Source of the DNA: the human T2T-CHM13v2.0 reference genome, Homo sapiens
Assembly (NCBI RefSeq): GCF_009914755.1
Contig: NC_060934.1
Reading direction: 5' to 3' (one strand)
DNA length: 64,000 nucleotides
Part shown: positions 40,301-54,150 of the stretch, piece after piece
Numbering within the stretch: the first letter of the stretch is position 1
Layout of the letters: each line of letters starts with the position of its first letter
Program-made: the position numbers and the translations under genes
Notes under the pieces: model-generated
What the model was told of the DNA's origin: nothing
The model's input: only the letters and a program-made list of their open reading frames with translations
Database searches by the model: none

Positions 40301-41659
40301 ATGCAGCACAGGGCTGGACAGTCAGTAGATGAACTACATATTTAGTAAGTCCAAGTATCTTTCCAAGTGTACTGGAATGAGTGGTCAGCAATTTGTAACT
40401 CTCATTTTTCTGACATATTTGACTTTATCAGAGAATGGGACTTTTCTCTTTTTCCAACTTTTTGTTTTGTTTTGTTTTTATAGCTCATGACACTTTTCTT
40501 TAACAATTGTCTCAATTATCAAAGATACTACCACAGACATCAGTGTCCCCCCCCCGCCCCAAACCCTTGCCCTCACCCCTTGGGACAGATTTCATGAATA
40601 TCCTTTGCCAGTCAAGTTTTTTAAGTAACTGGAATAGCCTAGCATGTGATGCCGTTATATAATTATTGTCTAGATTTTACTTGGAACTTTTTGTTAGGGC
40701 TCTATTTCTATCAGCATTGACTCATTCTTTTTTTATAGCTTTTCTTAATGCTTACAGGAAAGCACCTTTGATTTACCTCTGCACTGTGCATGTGTAAATG
40801 TTCTGAAACACAGGTCAGATGTGCAGCATCATTTAAAAGTGTTCTTTTGTGCATAATGCATAGGCATTAGGAATGAGGTAGAGAGGGAGTCTCCTCAGTG
40901 AAGATGAATAGCTTTTACATGAATAAGGGCAGTAAATTATTAAAATTCTCTACTCCAAAAATGATTAAATATAATGGGTTTTCAAATGTTGAATAAAACA
41001 TCTTAATTCAGACCACTGTACCAAAAATTTAAAAAAAAGATTACCGTAAAAAATCCAAAATGTTAGTGAAATATATGCAGGTGTTCAACCAAATGGCCCA
41101 AAACATAACTATTATTTTGGTTTTGCTTAAATGTTCTTCATAATTTAAAAAGCTACTATATTTTTACACACATATTATGGTAATATCAGAGGTGTTTTAT
41201 GGAATATGGAGATTTCCATATCACTACGTGAATTTCTACTTCGTTTAATATTAACCTTTCAGTTATACACTGGGTTGCATCTTGTCTAATGTAATGGATC
41301 ACTCTCTCAGCCTCTGGAATCCCAATAATCATTGAATCCTGTCATTTCTGCTTCCTAAATAATTTTTAGATCATCCATTTCTTTTCTTTTTTATTTTCAC
41401 AATCTTAGTACATGTTAGATTCTTTGTCACCTGGAAGATGGGCATTGTCTCCAGATTGATGGCTATCAGAGCATAGAGCAGAGTTGTGATTCAATTTGCC
41501 AAGTTTATCTTTTACTTGTTTCAGTAATGCCTGCATTCCAAGTGAGGTATATTTGTGAAATGTTTCACAGGAAAGTACATTTTCCCATCATTTATATGGT
41601 TTGAATAGGACTGATTTTGCTAAAGAATATGAAAAGATGTAGATATGGTAATAGAAGCA

Positions 41660-41845
41660 ATACCTAACATATAATGAACAGTTTACACTTGCCAAGCTCT
41701 GTTCCAGAGGGCTTTACTTACATTATGTCGCTTAATTCATACCACAACTTTCTGCGGTAAACTTGATAACTAACATTACTTTATAGAAAAGAAAACTAGG
41801 CATAAGAAGGCTAAGTAACCTGTCACACAGTTAGGTGGTGGAAAT
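41660..41845 (-). mobile_element. MIR
   Basis: taacatataatgaacagtttac..gccaagctctgttcc..cttaattcataccacaac..gaaaactaggcataagaaggctaagtaacct. Confidence 0.7.
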
Positions 41846-41960
41846 TTTTTCCTTTTTGTTTTTTAGGGGCACCTGCCAACATAATGATTACGAGCAAGAC
41901 ATTCAGAGCTTGCAGACTTGTGTTAAAGTCCTGCCCCATTTTTTAGTACAGTAACTGCTA

Positions 41961-42214
41961 CTGAGGCCTCTCTCCTTGGTTAGAAGACGGTTGTCTTCTT
42001 GCTGTGTCGTCACATCGTCTTTCCTTTTGCATACATACTATGTCCTAATCTCTTATAAGAATATTGGTCATAGTAGATTAGAGCCTTCCCTTGCAAACCA
42101 ATTTTACGTTAATTACCTCCTTAAAGGCCTTATCACCAAACATATTCACTGTCGGAAGCACTGGGGTCTGAACCTCAACATGAATTTGGATGGGAAACAA
42201 TTCAGCCCATAAAA
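41961..42214 (-). mobile_element. MLT1A/B partial LTR
   Basis: gaggcctctctccttgg..tgtcctaatctcttataagaa..ttaattacctccttaaaggcc..cacaattcagcccataa-like end. Confidence 0.75.
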
Positions 42215-42519
42215 ACATATTTGCAGCGTTTACTCATTTGAATAAATTATTTGCCCTCATGTAACTGAGCTCTCTCATGTGGTATTATATTCATTGTTAT
42301 AAATATGATATACATTCAGAATGCTCTTCTTGTAAAGAAGAGACAATCATCCACAAGGCGTAGACTTTGCCATTATAAAAACCATTCCCACACACTGGTC
42401 CCCTATTCCATTACATCACCATCCTTCCTCACATAGTTAAGGAAGAAATTATTTATTCGTTAGGATTTCAGACAATTTGAATACCCTTTTGGTATTACTA
42501 ATGACACTGACATCAAACA

Positions 42520-42800
42520 AAGGTTAGACCCTCTTGGATTGTTCATTCTGTGGGAAGCCAATTGTGATGTGCTGAAGATACTCAAGCACCATAAAGGGAT
42601 GTGGAGAAGAGGAGGTCCCCTGATCTCAACCAGCATCAACAGGCACACATGTGAGTGAGCCTCCAGCCCCAATTAATTTTTCAGATGTCTGTAGCCATTT
42701 CAAATCTTGACAACAACCCATTTGAGACCCCAAACTGTAAAAATCCATCTAAGATATTTCTGATTTCCTGACCTAAGAAACTATGATATAATACATGTTT
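42520..42800 (+). mobile_element. MLT1E/F partial LTR
   Basis: ttcattctgtgggaagcca..catgtgagtgagcctccagcccca..ttcagatg..ttcctgacctaagaaactatga. Confidence 0.6.
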
Positions 42801-43653
42801 AATGTGTGTGTTTCATGTACATTCATATGTTTTATGTGCATTATTGGCCTTTACTTATACCTGAAGCAATTTTGCATAACTGAAGTTTGATAGAAAGATT
42901 TTATGATATGTAATTAGAACATAGGAAATTCACCACATAAGTTATTTCCAGCTATTATTAATTATTATCTTACATTTTCACTGAACATACTATGAATTTT
43001 TAAAAGTTTTCATACATTTTGTTATTGGTTTTTTGCTTATTCACAAAATTGCAAAGTAATATTTTAAATCAAAGAGATGGAGCAAGATGAGGGTGATGGA
43101 ATGAAATATGGCATAGAGAAAGGGGAGATGAGTTGGCAGGGGAAGGAGAAGGAGATCAGAAAAAGAAGAGTGTTAGATGAGGAAAGAGATTTTTGTAAAA
43201 GGGAGGAGGGAAAAACAGGGAGAGGAAAAGGACAGATATTTTCAAAATCAAGAAAATGGAATCAAAGCATCCTGATTAGATCTGTGTTTAAATAGCCTAA
43301 GATAAACCATTATAAAAATGTACATGTTATACTGGAATTTTTAAAAAATGTTCTTTCCCCACAGGATGCTTTGTGATTTAAATTTTATTCATTATTATAT
43401 AAAAACGCAAGAAAATCATAATTAATTTTAATTTTAATTGTCTTTTTATTTTGTTTATTTGATAAGATAGAGGGGAAGCTGGTGGCAAGGTAAGAAGGCA
43501 GGAAAGAAGAAAGAAAGATGGGATGGGAAAGTGAAAGAAAAATAAAAGAGATGGAGGTAGAAACACACACATACGCACACACACAAAGTTCTGAGAAAAT
43601 AATTATTTGCTCCCTGCCTGAATATGGGAAAGTATTAAAGATGGCATCTCTAA

Positions 43654-43655
<2 letters not shown>

Positions 43656-43686
<31 letters not shown>

Positions 43687-43964
43687 AGACAGAGTCTCGC
43701 TCTGTCGCCCAGGCTGGAGTGCAGTGCACGATCTCGGCTCACTGTAAGCTCCGCCTTCCGGGTTCACGACATTCTCCTGCCTCAGCCTCCCGAGTAGCTG
43801 GAACTGCAGGTGCCCCCACCACACCCGGCTAATTTTTTGTATTTTTAGTGGAGACGGGGTTTCACCGTGTTAGCCAGGATGGTCTCGATCTCCTGACCTC
43901 GTGATCCGCCCGCTTCGGCCTCCGAAAGTGCTGGGATTACAGGCGTGAGCCACCGTGCCCAGCC
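43656..43964 (-). mobile_element. AluY
   Basis: Diagnostic aagctccgcc..gggttcacg.cattctcc and accgtgttagccaggatggtctcgatctcc; TSD gcatctcta(a/c)tctt; T30 tail. Confidence 0.97.
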
Positions 43965-44477
43965 CAGCATCTCTACTCTTAAGACTCAGGATAAAAATCT
44001 TTACCTCAGTGTGATCACAATTCTCCCATAGTTAAAGGAATGACTGATCTTATCATTAAACACGTAATGTTTGTTAAATGAATGAATAATGCATGTACAC
44101 AGAATTTAAACACAGTAAATATTAAATGAATAGTAATTTCTATTCTTATTAACAGGTATATTTTTATGTAAGCTATTAGTAATTAAATTCACAGGCAAAA
44201 TATATTTTAGAATAGGTGGCTTACATGAAGCTGAAAAGGGTCCCCTATGCATTTAAAATAAGTACATAAAGAAAAACTATTATAAAATGTATCATTAAGA
44301 TGATGATCCCTGATTGTTTAAGTTATTTAATCTGGAGTAAAGTAACAGATAACATAACTGACATCCAAAGAACAATGATCTTGCCTTACTCACTTATTTC
44401 CCACAATAGAACCTAGGAATGTGCCTGAGATACATAAGGTGCTCACCAAACGTTTCCTGGATAAAGAATTACAGGGC

Positions 44478-44487
44478 TGTGTGTGTA

Positions 44488-44531
<44 letters not shown>
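44478..44531. repeat. (TG)n microsatellite
   Basis: Direct read. Confidence 0.95.
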
Positions 44532-44532
<1 letters not shown>

Positions 44533-44986
44533 CTACCAAGTAGAAGTAAGTGCCTCAGTCTGAGCAATAAGAAAATTTAAATAACTCTTGGTTGTAGCCA
44601 TTTCACTAAAGGGAATAAGCTCTCTAATCATGGCAAATATCTTTCATGGTTACTTGCCATTCCTCTCCTTTTACGTCCTTAACCATAACCCATCAATGTC
44701 TTTAATGATAACACATGAGCCAATGGAAATCTGAAGATACAAGTTAATTTCTGTAATTTTCCTATGATTTAAATAATTCAGAAAGATGATAGCAGTGACA
44801 AAAAGGTGCTCACATGATTTAGAAAATAGCCAGCAGCCTCATATTTAAGTCTTCTCATTTTATGCACTCCTGCTGAATGATACCTAGAAGTTTGCAGATC
44901 TCAGGCAGTGCTATTATTAATTTCCTGCTAGCATTTACAGCAGGATCATCTATAGTCATGGACTTTACACTTATGAACTCTTAAAG

Positions 44987-45360
44987 TGTCTGGCAAGCTC
45001 TGCTGGCTGTATTCTGTTATAACAGAATGCATAGACTGGGCAATTTATAAACAACAGAAATGTGTTTCTCACAGTTCTGGATGCTGGCAAGTCCAAGATC
45101 AAGGTGCAGGTAGATTCAGTGTCTAATGAGGGCCCACTTCCTAGTGCACAGAGGGCCATGTGCACACTGAGTGCTCACATGGTGGAAGGGAGCAAGGGAG
45201 CTCTCTGGAACCCTTTTCATAAGGTCACTAATCTTATTCATGTGTCCCCTGCCTTCATAACCTAATCACTTTCTGAAATCCCCACTTCTAAATGCCATGA
45301 CACTGGGTGTTAGAATTTAACATATTAATTTGGGAAGATACAAATATTCATTCAATAGTA
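44987..45360 (-). mobile_element. MLT1A-type solo LTR
   Basis: tataacagaatgcatagactgggcaatttataaacaacagaaat..ctggcaagtccaagatcaaggtg..gatacaaatattcattcaatagta. Confidence 0.8.
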
Positions 45361-45583
45361 TCGAGGCTCCACTCAGAACCCTATGTGTCCTGTTGAATGT
45401 ACAGGCTGGACTGAATGAAGGAGGCAAAGAAGAGCCCTAACAATGATTTCATACTTTCCTATCATCAAGGGAATTATTTTCATATTATTGTTATTTTTTT
45501 ATTCCTTCAAGTTTGTCCAAACTGAAATAGATTCAGGGCTAGACAGAACCAATACAATACTAAAAGTAATTCAGGTGACATAA

Positions 45584-48500
45584 TGTATTAGGCCATTCTT
45601 GTATTGCCATAAAGCAATACCTGAGACTGGGTAATCTGTAAAGAAATCAGGCTTAATTGGCTCATGATTCTGTAGGCTTTACAGGAAGCATGGTGCTGGC
45701 ATGTGCTCAGCTTCTGGGAAGGTCTCAGGAAGCTTGCAAAAGTTGGGGGCAGAAGGAACATCACATGGTAAAATCAAGAGCAAGGAATGGAGAGGTGCCA
45801 CACACTATCACGAAGACAGTACCAAGCCTTGAGGAATCCATGCCCAAACACCTCCCACCAGGCCCCACCTCCAGCACTGAGGATTACAATTCAACATGAG
45901 AGTTGGGTGGGAACACACACCCAAACTATTAATATATCATTTTCCCCCAGCACCTCCCAAATCTGATGCCCTTCTCACATTGCAAAATACAGGCATGCTT
46001 TCCCAACAGTCCTCCAAAGTTTTAACTTATTCCAGCATTAACTCAAAAGTCCAAATTCTTATTGGAGACAAGGCAAATCTCTTCCACCTATGAGCCTGTT
46101 AAATCAAAAACAAGTTAATTACTTCCAAGATACAATGGGGCATAGGGATTGGATACACATTCCTTTTCCAAAATGGAGAAATCAGCCAAAAGAAAGGGGC
46201 TACAGTTCCCATGCAAGTTCAAAACGTTTCAGGGCAGCCATGAAATCTTAAAGCTACAAAATAATCTCTTTTGACTCCATGCCCCACATCTGGGGCACAC
46301 TGGTGCAAGGGGTGGGCTCCCAAGGACTTGGGCACCCCTGAGCCTTTCACTTTGCAGGGCTCATCTCCCAGGGCTGCTGTCATGGTTGCTGAGTGCCTGT
46401 GGCTTTTTCAGGCAAAGGGTGCAAGCCACCAGTGGATCCACTATTCTCGGATCTGGAGGCAGTGGCCCCCTTCTGACAGCTCTACTAGGCAGTGCCCCAG
46501 CAGAGACTCTGTGAGGAAACTCCAACCCCACATTTCTCCTTGGCACTGCCTAGTAGGGGTTCACTGTGGGGGCTCCACCCCTGCAGCATGCTTCTGCCTG
46601 GGCATCCAGGCTTTTCCATACATCTTCTGAAATCTAGGTGGAGGGTGCCAAGCCTCATTCAGTCTTGTACTCTGTGCACCTACTGGCTTAACACCACATG
46701 GAAGCAGGCAAGACTTATGGCTTTCGCCCTCTGAAGCAGTGGACTGGGTTGTACCTGTTGTCATCTGAGCTGAGGTTGGAGCTAGAACAGCCCGGATGTG
46801 GGGAGAAGTGTCCCAACACTGCAGAGAATAGCAGGGCCCTAGGCAGGCCCACAAAACCATTCTTCCTCTTAGGCTTCTGGGCCTGTGATGGGAGGGGCTG
46901 CTACAAAGTTCTCTAAAATGCCTTCAAGTCCTTTTTCCCATTGTCTTGGATGTTAGCAGTTGGCTCCCTTTTAGATATGCGTATATCCGTAGTACCTGGT
47001 TTCTCCACAGTCTACTTGAATTCCTCACTGAAAAACTTTTTGTTTCTCTGACACATGGACAGGCTGTAAATTTTCCAAATTTTTATTCTCTGCTTTCCTT
47101 CTAAATATAAATTCCTACTTTAAGTCATTCCTTTGCTCCTGCTTTGAATTAGGTTGTTAAAAGTGTTCAGGTCATATTGAAGCAGTGTCATTGTCTGTGG
47201 TAAATACTCAAGGTTTATTGTCTCATGCCAAGGAAATCAAGCATGTGGACACACAAGGAGTGAGGTTAAGAGTGGAGGTTTAATAGGTGAAAGAAAGAGA
47301 AAAGCTCTCTCCTGCAGGGAGAGGGGTCCCAAGCGGGTCTTCCAGTCTATGGTGAAGTGCAGGAGATTTTATAGATGAGCTTGAAGAGGCAGTGTCTGAT
47401 TTACATAGGGCACAAAAGATTGGTGGGACCAGGTATGCCACTTGCATAAGGCATGAAAAGCTGGTTAGGACTAGGTGTGCCATTTGTATAGTGTGTAAAA
47501 ATCTAGCTGCCCCCGCCCTAATTTTTTATTATGCATATGGGTTCTCTATCTGGCCAGCACCATGTTGCCTGCTTCTTTACTGTACACGTGGTGACAAAGA
47601 AAAGGGAAGATGGAGCCTCCATGTTGAACATACCTGGCTTCCAGTTTGCTCTTTTCTATTAGCACAGATGCTCTGATTCACCTGTGCAAGCTTCCAGCTT
47701 GCTTATCTATATTTGCAGCTCAATTTTTCAGGCTGCTCTTTGTTAGAAAAGAAATGATTTTAGGGGCTGCTTTTTGCTACAAGGGAGATTCTGCCAAGGA
47801 CTCTGTTGCCCTTACTATCTGCCTAAATAATTTCTTTCTATCTCCTGTATCAATATCTTGACTGCTTCACAGCTTAGGAATTTCCTCCACCAGATACCTT
47901 ACATTATCACTATTTCATTCAAACTTTAGCAGATCCCTAGGGGGATCTGAATAGCACACAGCCAAGTTCTTTGCAAAGGCATAAGATGCGTGACCTTTGC
48001 TCCAATTCCCAATAAGTTTGTCATTTATATTTGTGACCTTGTCACCGTGGACGTCACTGTCCATATCACTATCAGCATTTCAGTCACAACCATTTAACCA
48101 GTCTCTAAGAAGTTCCAAATTTTCCCTCATCTTCCTGTCTTCTTCTGAGCCCTCAAAATTCTTCCAACCTCTGCTCATTATCCAGTTCCAAAGCTGCTTT
48201 CACATATTCAGGTATCTTTATAGCAATGCCGTTCTCAATTTTCTGTAGTATGTTATGCTCCTCTTGTATTGCTATAAAGAAACACCTGAGACTAGGTGAT
48301 CTATGAAGAAAAAAGGTTTAATTGGCTCATGGTTCTGCATCCTTTACAGGAAGCATGATGCTGGCATCTGCTCTGCTTCTTGGGAGGCCTCAGGAAGCTC
48401 ACAATTATGGCAGAAGGTGAAGGGGAAGCAGGCATGTCATGTAGTGAAACCAGCAACTAGAGAGAGAGTGGGCAAAAAGGTGCCACACACTTTTAAGTAA

Positions 48501-48631
48501 CAATTTCTCATGAGAACTATCATGGGATCTGCCCGCATGATCCAAACACCTCCCACCAGACCCAACCTCCAGCACTGGAGATTACAATTCAACGTGATAT
48601 TGAGGCAGGGACAAATAACTAAATGATATCA
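45584..48631 (-). mobile_element. Complete MST (MSTB-like) MaLR provirus: LTR 45584-45939, internal region, LTR 48244-48631
   Basis: Two homologous LTRs; polypurine tract (ttttcccccagc on the + strand) abutting the 3' LTR; MaLR internal ORF remnant RRNVGLEFPHRVSAGALPSRAVRRGP; TSD cataa/tataa. Confidence 0.92.
47178..47852 (-). mobile_element. MER50 solo LTR (ERV1) nested in MST internal region
   Basis: Reverse complement begins tgatacaggagatagaaagaaattatttaggcagatagt; 4-bp TSD ATAT (47174-47177 and 47853-47856). Confidence 0.9.
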
Positions 48632-51224
48632 TATAATTACTGTATTTCCATTATTTTTCACCTGAATTGAGTTAGATATAACTGTCCTGATGAAAGAGAA
48701 ACAGTGACAGGCTGCTTCCCTCCTCAAGCTTGACAGATTGGGTTAAAGCTGTTTCCAGAAAAATTATATTTAGTTGAGTCTTGCATTCTTAAGGATAGAG
48801 TCATCTAACTGTATTATTTATAACTAGGGAGAAGTATTTATTTGAGAGATGCTTCCCATTCATAAAAAGATTTTCTTTAGCTGGTAGATTGTGAGATATT
48901 TTATGAATAGCAATATGGTTTTTATATAAATTATTAATTCAGACAAAACCATATTTCAGCTTCTCAATCTTCCAGTTATTAGTGTGAAAATTTGCAAATC
49001 TCAGCTCCTTTGCTGTGTATTCATTTGATTTGCATGATGCTGTGCAAACTAAGAAACTTCCTTCCAGCACAGTCCAATTTAATGTGGATGTTGTAGGGTG
49101 ATGTTTAGTTTTTTCCTCCTAAAAGCATTTCCTGGTGCTTTATTCAATAAATGAAAATAATTTTACATACAACTTCCCAATTCATATTGATATTAAATAA
49201 TAAATAAGAACTATCTGAAACATTTTTATTTTCTTCACTATAAGAAGGTATATCTAATTAGAATGCCAGCTTCTGTTTTTGCTGATTTTCAGTATTATTA
49301 CAAAGATAGTGCATTCTTTACAGTTATCATGATTTAGATCTTCCTTGATTATTTTCTTCATTTGGTTCAATGTGCTAATCTAAGTTCTTTCAATTAAGTG
49401 ATAAAAGTCCAACTTGAGTTTTATTTTTCTGACTTTATGCAGCCCTCTGATCCTTATGAAGTACATATCACATATCTTTTAAACAGAGGAAAGCCTGTCT
49501 ATCATTCGCAAAGAGAATGATAAAGAAAACTTTATATGGCTAGCAAGACTATCTGACTGAGTTCAATTTCACAAACCATTAACACTCTGAAAGGAGAAAT
49601 TAATTTGAATGTCTGTCATATTCTAGATAGGGGAACAAGGTATTGGGAAGTATTTTTAGTTGACTTCTTTTAGAAAGGACAGATGAATGGCAGATGAACG
49701 CATATTTTTGGTAAAAAGGGTGGATATATTTTCTAACTTAATTATTCATTAAGAATAGCAAACCTCTCCTCATTGCCCTTGGTATAGTACTATGATAAGT
49801 CCCAGAAAGCAATAAAGCCGAACAGAAATCTTTCTAATGAGCTCAGAGATAAATAAGAAGATGTACAAAATGTGGAATGGCATTCAAGTAGCTAGAAATA
49901 ACATTCAAAGAGGTATGGAGTTATGAAATTAGTGTCAAGAATATTAACGAAGAGAAATAAGTACCCTTATATACATTGTAAAAACCCCAAAATTAAGCAT
50001 ATTAAGCAAATAAAAATAGCAACTGGGCAGAAATAGGCTGACTGCTTTGTCTGGTAGTCATTATTCACTGGATAATAAAGCCAGATGTTAACTGTTCTTC
50101 CTTCTCTATCTCTTCCTCCTTTTTCTTCTCCTCCTCCTTCTTGTATCCCTCCTACTATCTATCCCTTTTACGTTCTCTTTCAAAGTGAAGAAGGAACTTA
50201 TGCTGAGAGAAACAGAACTTAAGAATCTTATGGCAGAATCAACAAGTATAATATACAATCTGAGATACCAGGTGTGAGTCCCAAAGTGAAACCAGGGTCA
50301 ATTTGTGTGTGCTGATTAGTGGTAAAAAAAATAACACAGATGTTCTGCTACTTCTAGTACTATCACCACTGATATGCACAATAGCTATTTATTGAACACT
50401 TTGGCACTTAGAAATTAGGTCAATTTTTATCAGATTGCACGACTGCTAAGTGTCAGAATGAGAATGTTAAATGAAAGCCATCAGATTCAAAAGCCTATGC
50501 TCTTACCAAGTACAATGTATCACATTACAAGAAGATAGAAATAGTTGTTGCTGCTGTTGCTGTTTATGTTTTGGAGTGGTTGTTACTTCTTTAGCCAGAA
50601 GTCTAGAAATTTTTTAGACTTTAAATTTACAGCACCTCTCTTAGGGAGACTGAGATTGTGATAAGAAGAGATATTCCTGGGGAAGTTATGGTTGAATACT
50701 TGAAATTTTGTGATCAAGACCATTTCTTACTCCTAAAGTGTGACCGTAAAGGGAGAGTTTGGAGAAGGCTCTGTGATGTGCGTGAGGCCTGCAATCTCCT
50801 CCACGTTCTCCATCTTTATTTCCCTGCTCATGCCTTCTGAAGGCACTAGTTTTAGCAAGATTTGTCTCAAACGGTCCAGAACATAAACAGAACAGGAGAA
50901 TTTTCCCTACTGCCCATTGTATGATCTATTCCTAGGAGAACAGATCTTGTTAATGACTTATGTGAAGAATTTAATGGCACAAAATTTCAGATTACCCATA
51001 GGGCTCAATATAATATTAATTAATAAATCAGGAGAGTACTCTTAACACAGTTGATTTATGAACAGAGTATATCAAGATTGAATATAGAACGATGTAACCA
51101 AAATAAGCATGAAGTTCTTTATTTGTATCCAGATAAATGACTATAAAACGTAAAATAATGTGACATGGCTTAGTAGGCACCTCCATGAAAATATAGAGGT
51201 TTTATATGTTTCACACTTCAACAC

Positions 51225-51400
51225 TGTGAGAGTATGGGCTCTTGCATCAACAAAGATTAATTCAGATCAAAACGACAGAGCTATTTCACAGGATCTGAGT
51301 TCCTGTTTCCTCATTTGCACAGTAGATATAGCTATCTCACAAGAAGAAATAACCTATTAAAATGTATAAAGCTACTGGCATAAAGCAGCCAATCAAAACA
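51225..51400 (+). mobile_element. MIR
   Basis: gagagtatgggctctt..tctgagttcctgtttcctcatttgcac..aatgtataaagc..ctggcata. Confidence 0.5.
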
Positions 51401-54083
51401 ATCAGCCATCGCTGCTTCTTTATCAAATCAATAAAGATTATACAAAGTGAGCCTATATTAAAAGAACTTAAGTGTTAAGTGCAAGGGCAATCAAAATCCT
51501 CCTTTTTTTAGTAGGCTGGAGCAAGCTGGAATGACTTTGGAGAGTTCTCATCTACCTAATAAGATGCTCAAAATCATGTCACATAGGAATCAGGGAGAAA
51601 ATGATTATGTTAAAAGATGGAAAGTATGTACATTTGGTGAAAACCCATTGTTTTACAGGGCACATCATTGAAGCCTGATCTTTTTTCATAAGGAAAGAAA
51701 ATTTTCCCCTAGCCCTGTTCACATCTGAACTAAAACCTCATTTTAAAGGCTCATCTTGGTATCTCAGAAGTATTAACTAGACAAAGGTTGGTGGTAGTTT
51801 GGATTGACCTAGTAAGATGCTATGACCAGTCATCAAAATGAAGCAGTAAGGAGAAGATGGAATACAAGCACATCCTAGAAGACCAAATTATTTGCCTTGT
51901 CAAACTTTAGCTGTGAGTCTGCCACCTTCTCTCTCTCTCTCTTTCTCTTTCTCTCTCTGATGAACTACACACACACATTCTTAAACCCTTTCAAAAAAAG
52001 AAATATAAAACATCAGGAGTGATGAAACCTTGACACAGAAGCTTACACTGATCATAGAAAGGAGAATTTTGTTTCCTGTCTTAACTAGAGGAGACACTTG
52101 CATGTTTTAGCTGATTAACCCTAGGCCTATAGATAGGGGTCACTGTTCTGCATTTCTTATCTATGCTGAGGCAGGGCAGAGTGAAAGGACAAGAAAACAG
52201 CGTATAGGACAGAAACTCTACCATTACATATTGAGAGCCTGCCCTTAACATACTGAAAACTTTTCAATCAAAAATATTAGCAATTTCATATTTGTTTATC
52301 AATTCTAACCTTAAATAAACAAGATAACTGCAAGAGAAGTTGCCATAAGAGAAAAACAAAGATGAATAAAGTATGTAGTTGTGTTATTATAAAATGTATT
52401 TTTACTTTTTTAAAAAAGCATGCTTTTAATGAAAATGAGCATCTTAATATGACAAGTCGGCTTATCTTTTAGGCAATTTGGCTCATTTTAATTAGGGAAG
52501 ATATTTTCATTATTGACAGCAACTGGAACAATTATTGAACCACAGAGTATGTGCCTATCTGAAGCACGGGGTGATCTCAAATACAATAAGTGATCAACTG
52601 ACCAGTTCTGTCTTTGTGATACAGAAAAGGGCATTAGTCAACTTTTTCCTCTCCACAAAATTCAATTTTATAAAATATTTTATTAATAAAAGGCATGGGG
52701 TTTCCTCTTTATTAATAAAAAGCATGGACAAGCATGTACATTAATTAAAATCTTCTTAATTTTTCTCTTTTATCTTATTTATATCTCTTCCATTCTAATG
52801 AATAGATTGTAGTAGTTCAATGTCTAGGTCTGAGCTTTCCTTCCAATGCTCTCTTTCCAAATAACATTATTAAACTGAACCTTCATTAAATTAATTACAA
52901 ACCATAATTCACAGCAGGTTATTAAAAGAATATTATGACTTTTCTTATTTGTATGGACAATATCTTCAGTGTGATACAAACTACGGGATTTTTATGGGAT
53001 TCTTATTCTAAAATATTGTAGTCATTGAAATACTGTTCATAGTTTCTGGAGAAATGTCTATTAGCCATGCAAATACAATCTATTTACTTTTTTTATAATA
53101 ACTTTATTGTGCTATTACTAACAATCAAAACACATGTTCATATTAACATCAGTAGCTTGGATGATAGTTACTACAACATATGGTAATTCCTCTGGGTACA
53201 CTCGTTTCTTTCAAATACCTAAACAAACTATGCCTGGAAGGGAAATCTGCTCCCACAAAGCATATTTTGGAATTTTTTAAAAAATGCTTTTTCTTGTTTC
53301 TCTTCAGAGTTGACAATGTTTTATTATCTTTTAAAAATTGTTTATTTTTATTTATTTGTTTACATCTGTGAAAACTCTATCTTAGAAAAATTTCTGGTAA
53401 AATATTTACTTATACAAAGAAATGTACAATTTGTAAACAGACACACACTTGAGGAACCATTAGAAATTTAACATAAATATTTGTCTATCTCTGGGATTCT
53501 GAAATATCTGGGAAAATCTGATGTGTAATTGGGGCGAGCTTCCTGCAGCTTTCAGTTAACTGAGGTAATTTCCTTGGATAGATAGTGCCCGTGTATTGCA
53601 TGTTTGGGTCCATAATCAGTACATACTGATAAGAACAGCATGGTATCTGTGGCCTCAGGAATTCATGTCCGAACCTTATAAGAAAGCTGTTACCAGCAGA
53701 ATCTGAAGGGCTTGTTTTTATAGTAATTTTTATTAGAGATAGTACATACCTTTATGTATATTTGCTACATTGTATAGTAATAGTATAATAACTAGAGCAG
53801 AGTGTTTGGTAAGCATTTGTTAAATTAGTGAATTATTCAATTAGAGGTAATTAACAGTGTCTATCCATAGTGAACGCCTTTATACTTAAAATGTTTCAGA
53901 TGCTGGCACTGTATGATTAGAGTATCATCCAAGCTAACTGAGCATCTGTTATTATATATAATAGTAAATAATTTTGCAGTTTCTAATTTTCCCCAGGAAG
54001 GAAATCATGAACCACTTTAAAATAGCCATTGTGGAGCTTGCCTGAAGTCAACAATGTTGAACTCTACTCCACATTTTTTCAGG

Positions 54084-54150
54084 CATCTTCCATGAGCATC
54101 CTGTACATCCTTCCATGAGCATCCTGTACATGAGCATTCTGTGCATCCTG
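54084..54150. repeat. Short imperfect tandem repeat (catgagcatcctgta core x3)
   Basis: 54084-54105, 54106-54128, 54129-54143. Confidence 0.85.

Noticed and set aside
45657-48500. Overlapping ORFs on both strands
   Set aside because: Decayed MST internal and LTR sequence plus MER50
54084-54150. Short repeats as a CRISPR-like array
   Set aside because: Adjacent imperfect slippage repeats with no unique spacers, in primate DNA with no cas genes
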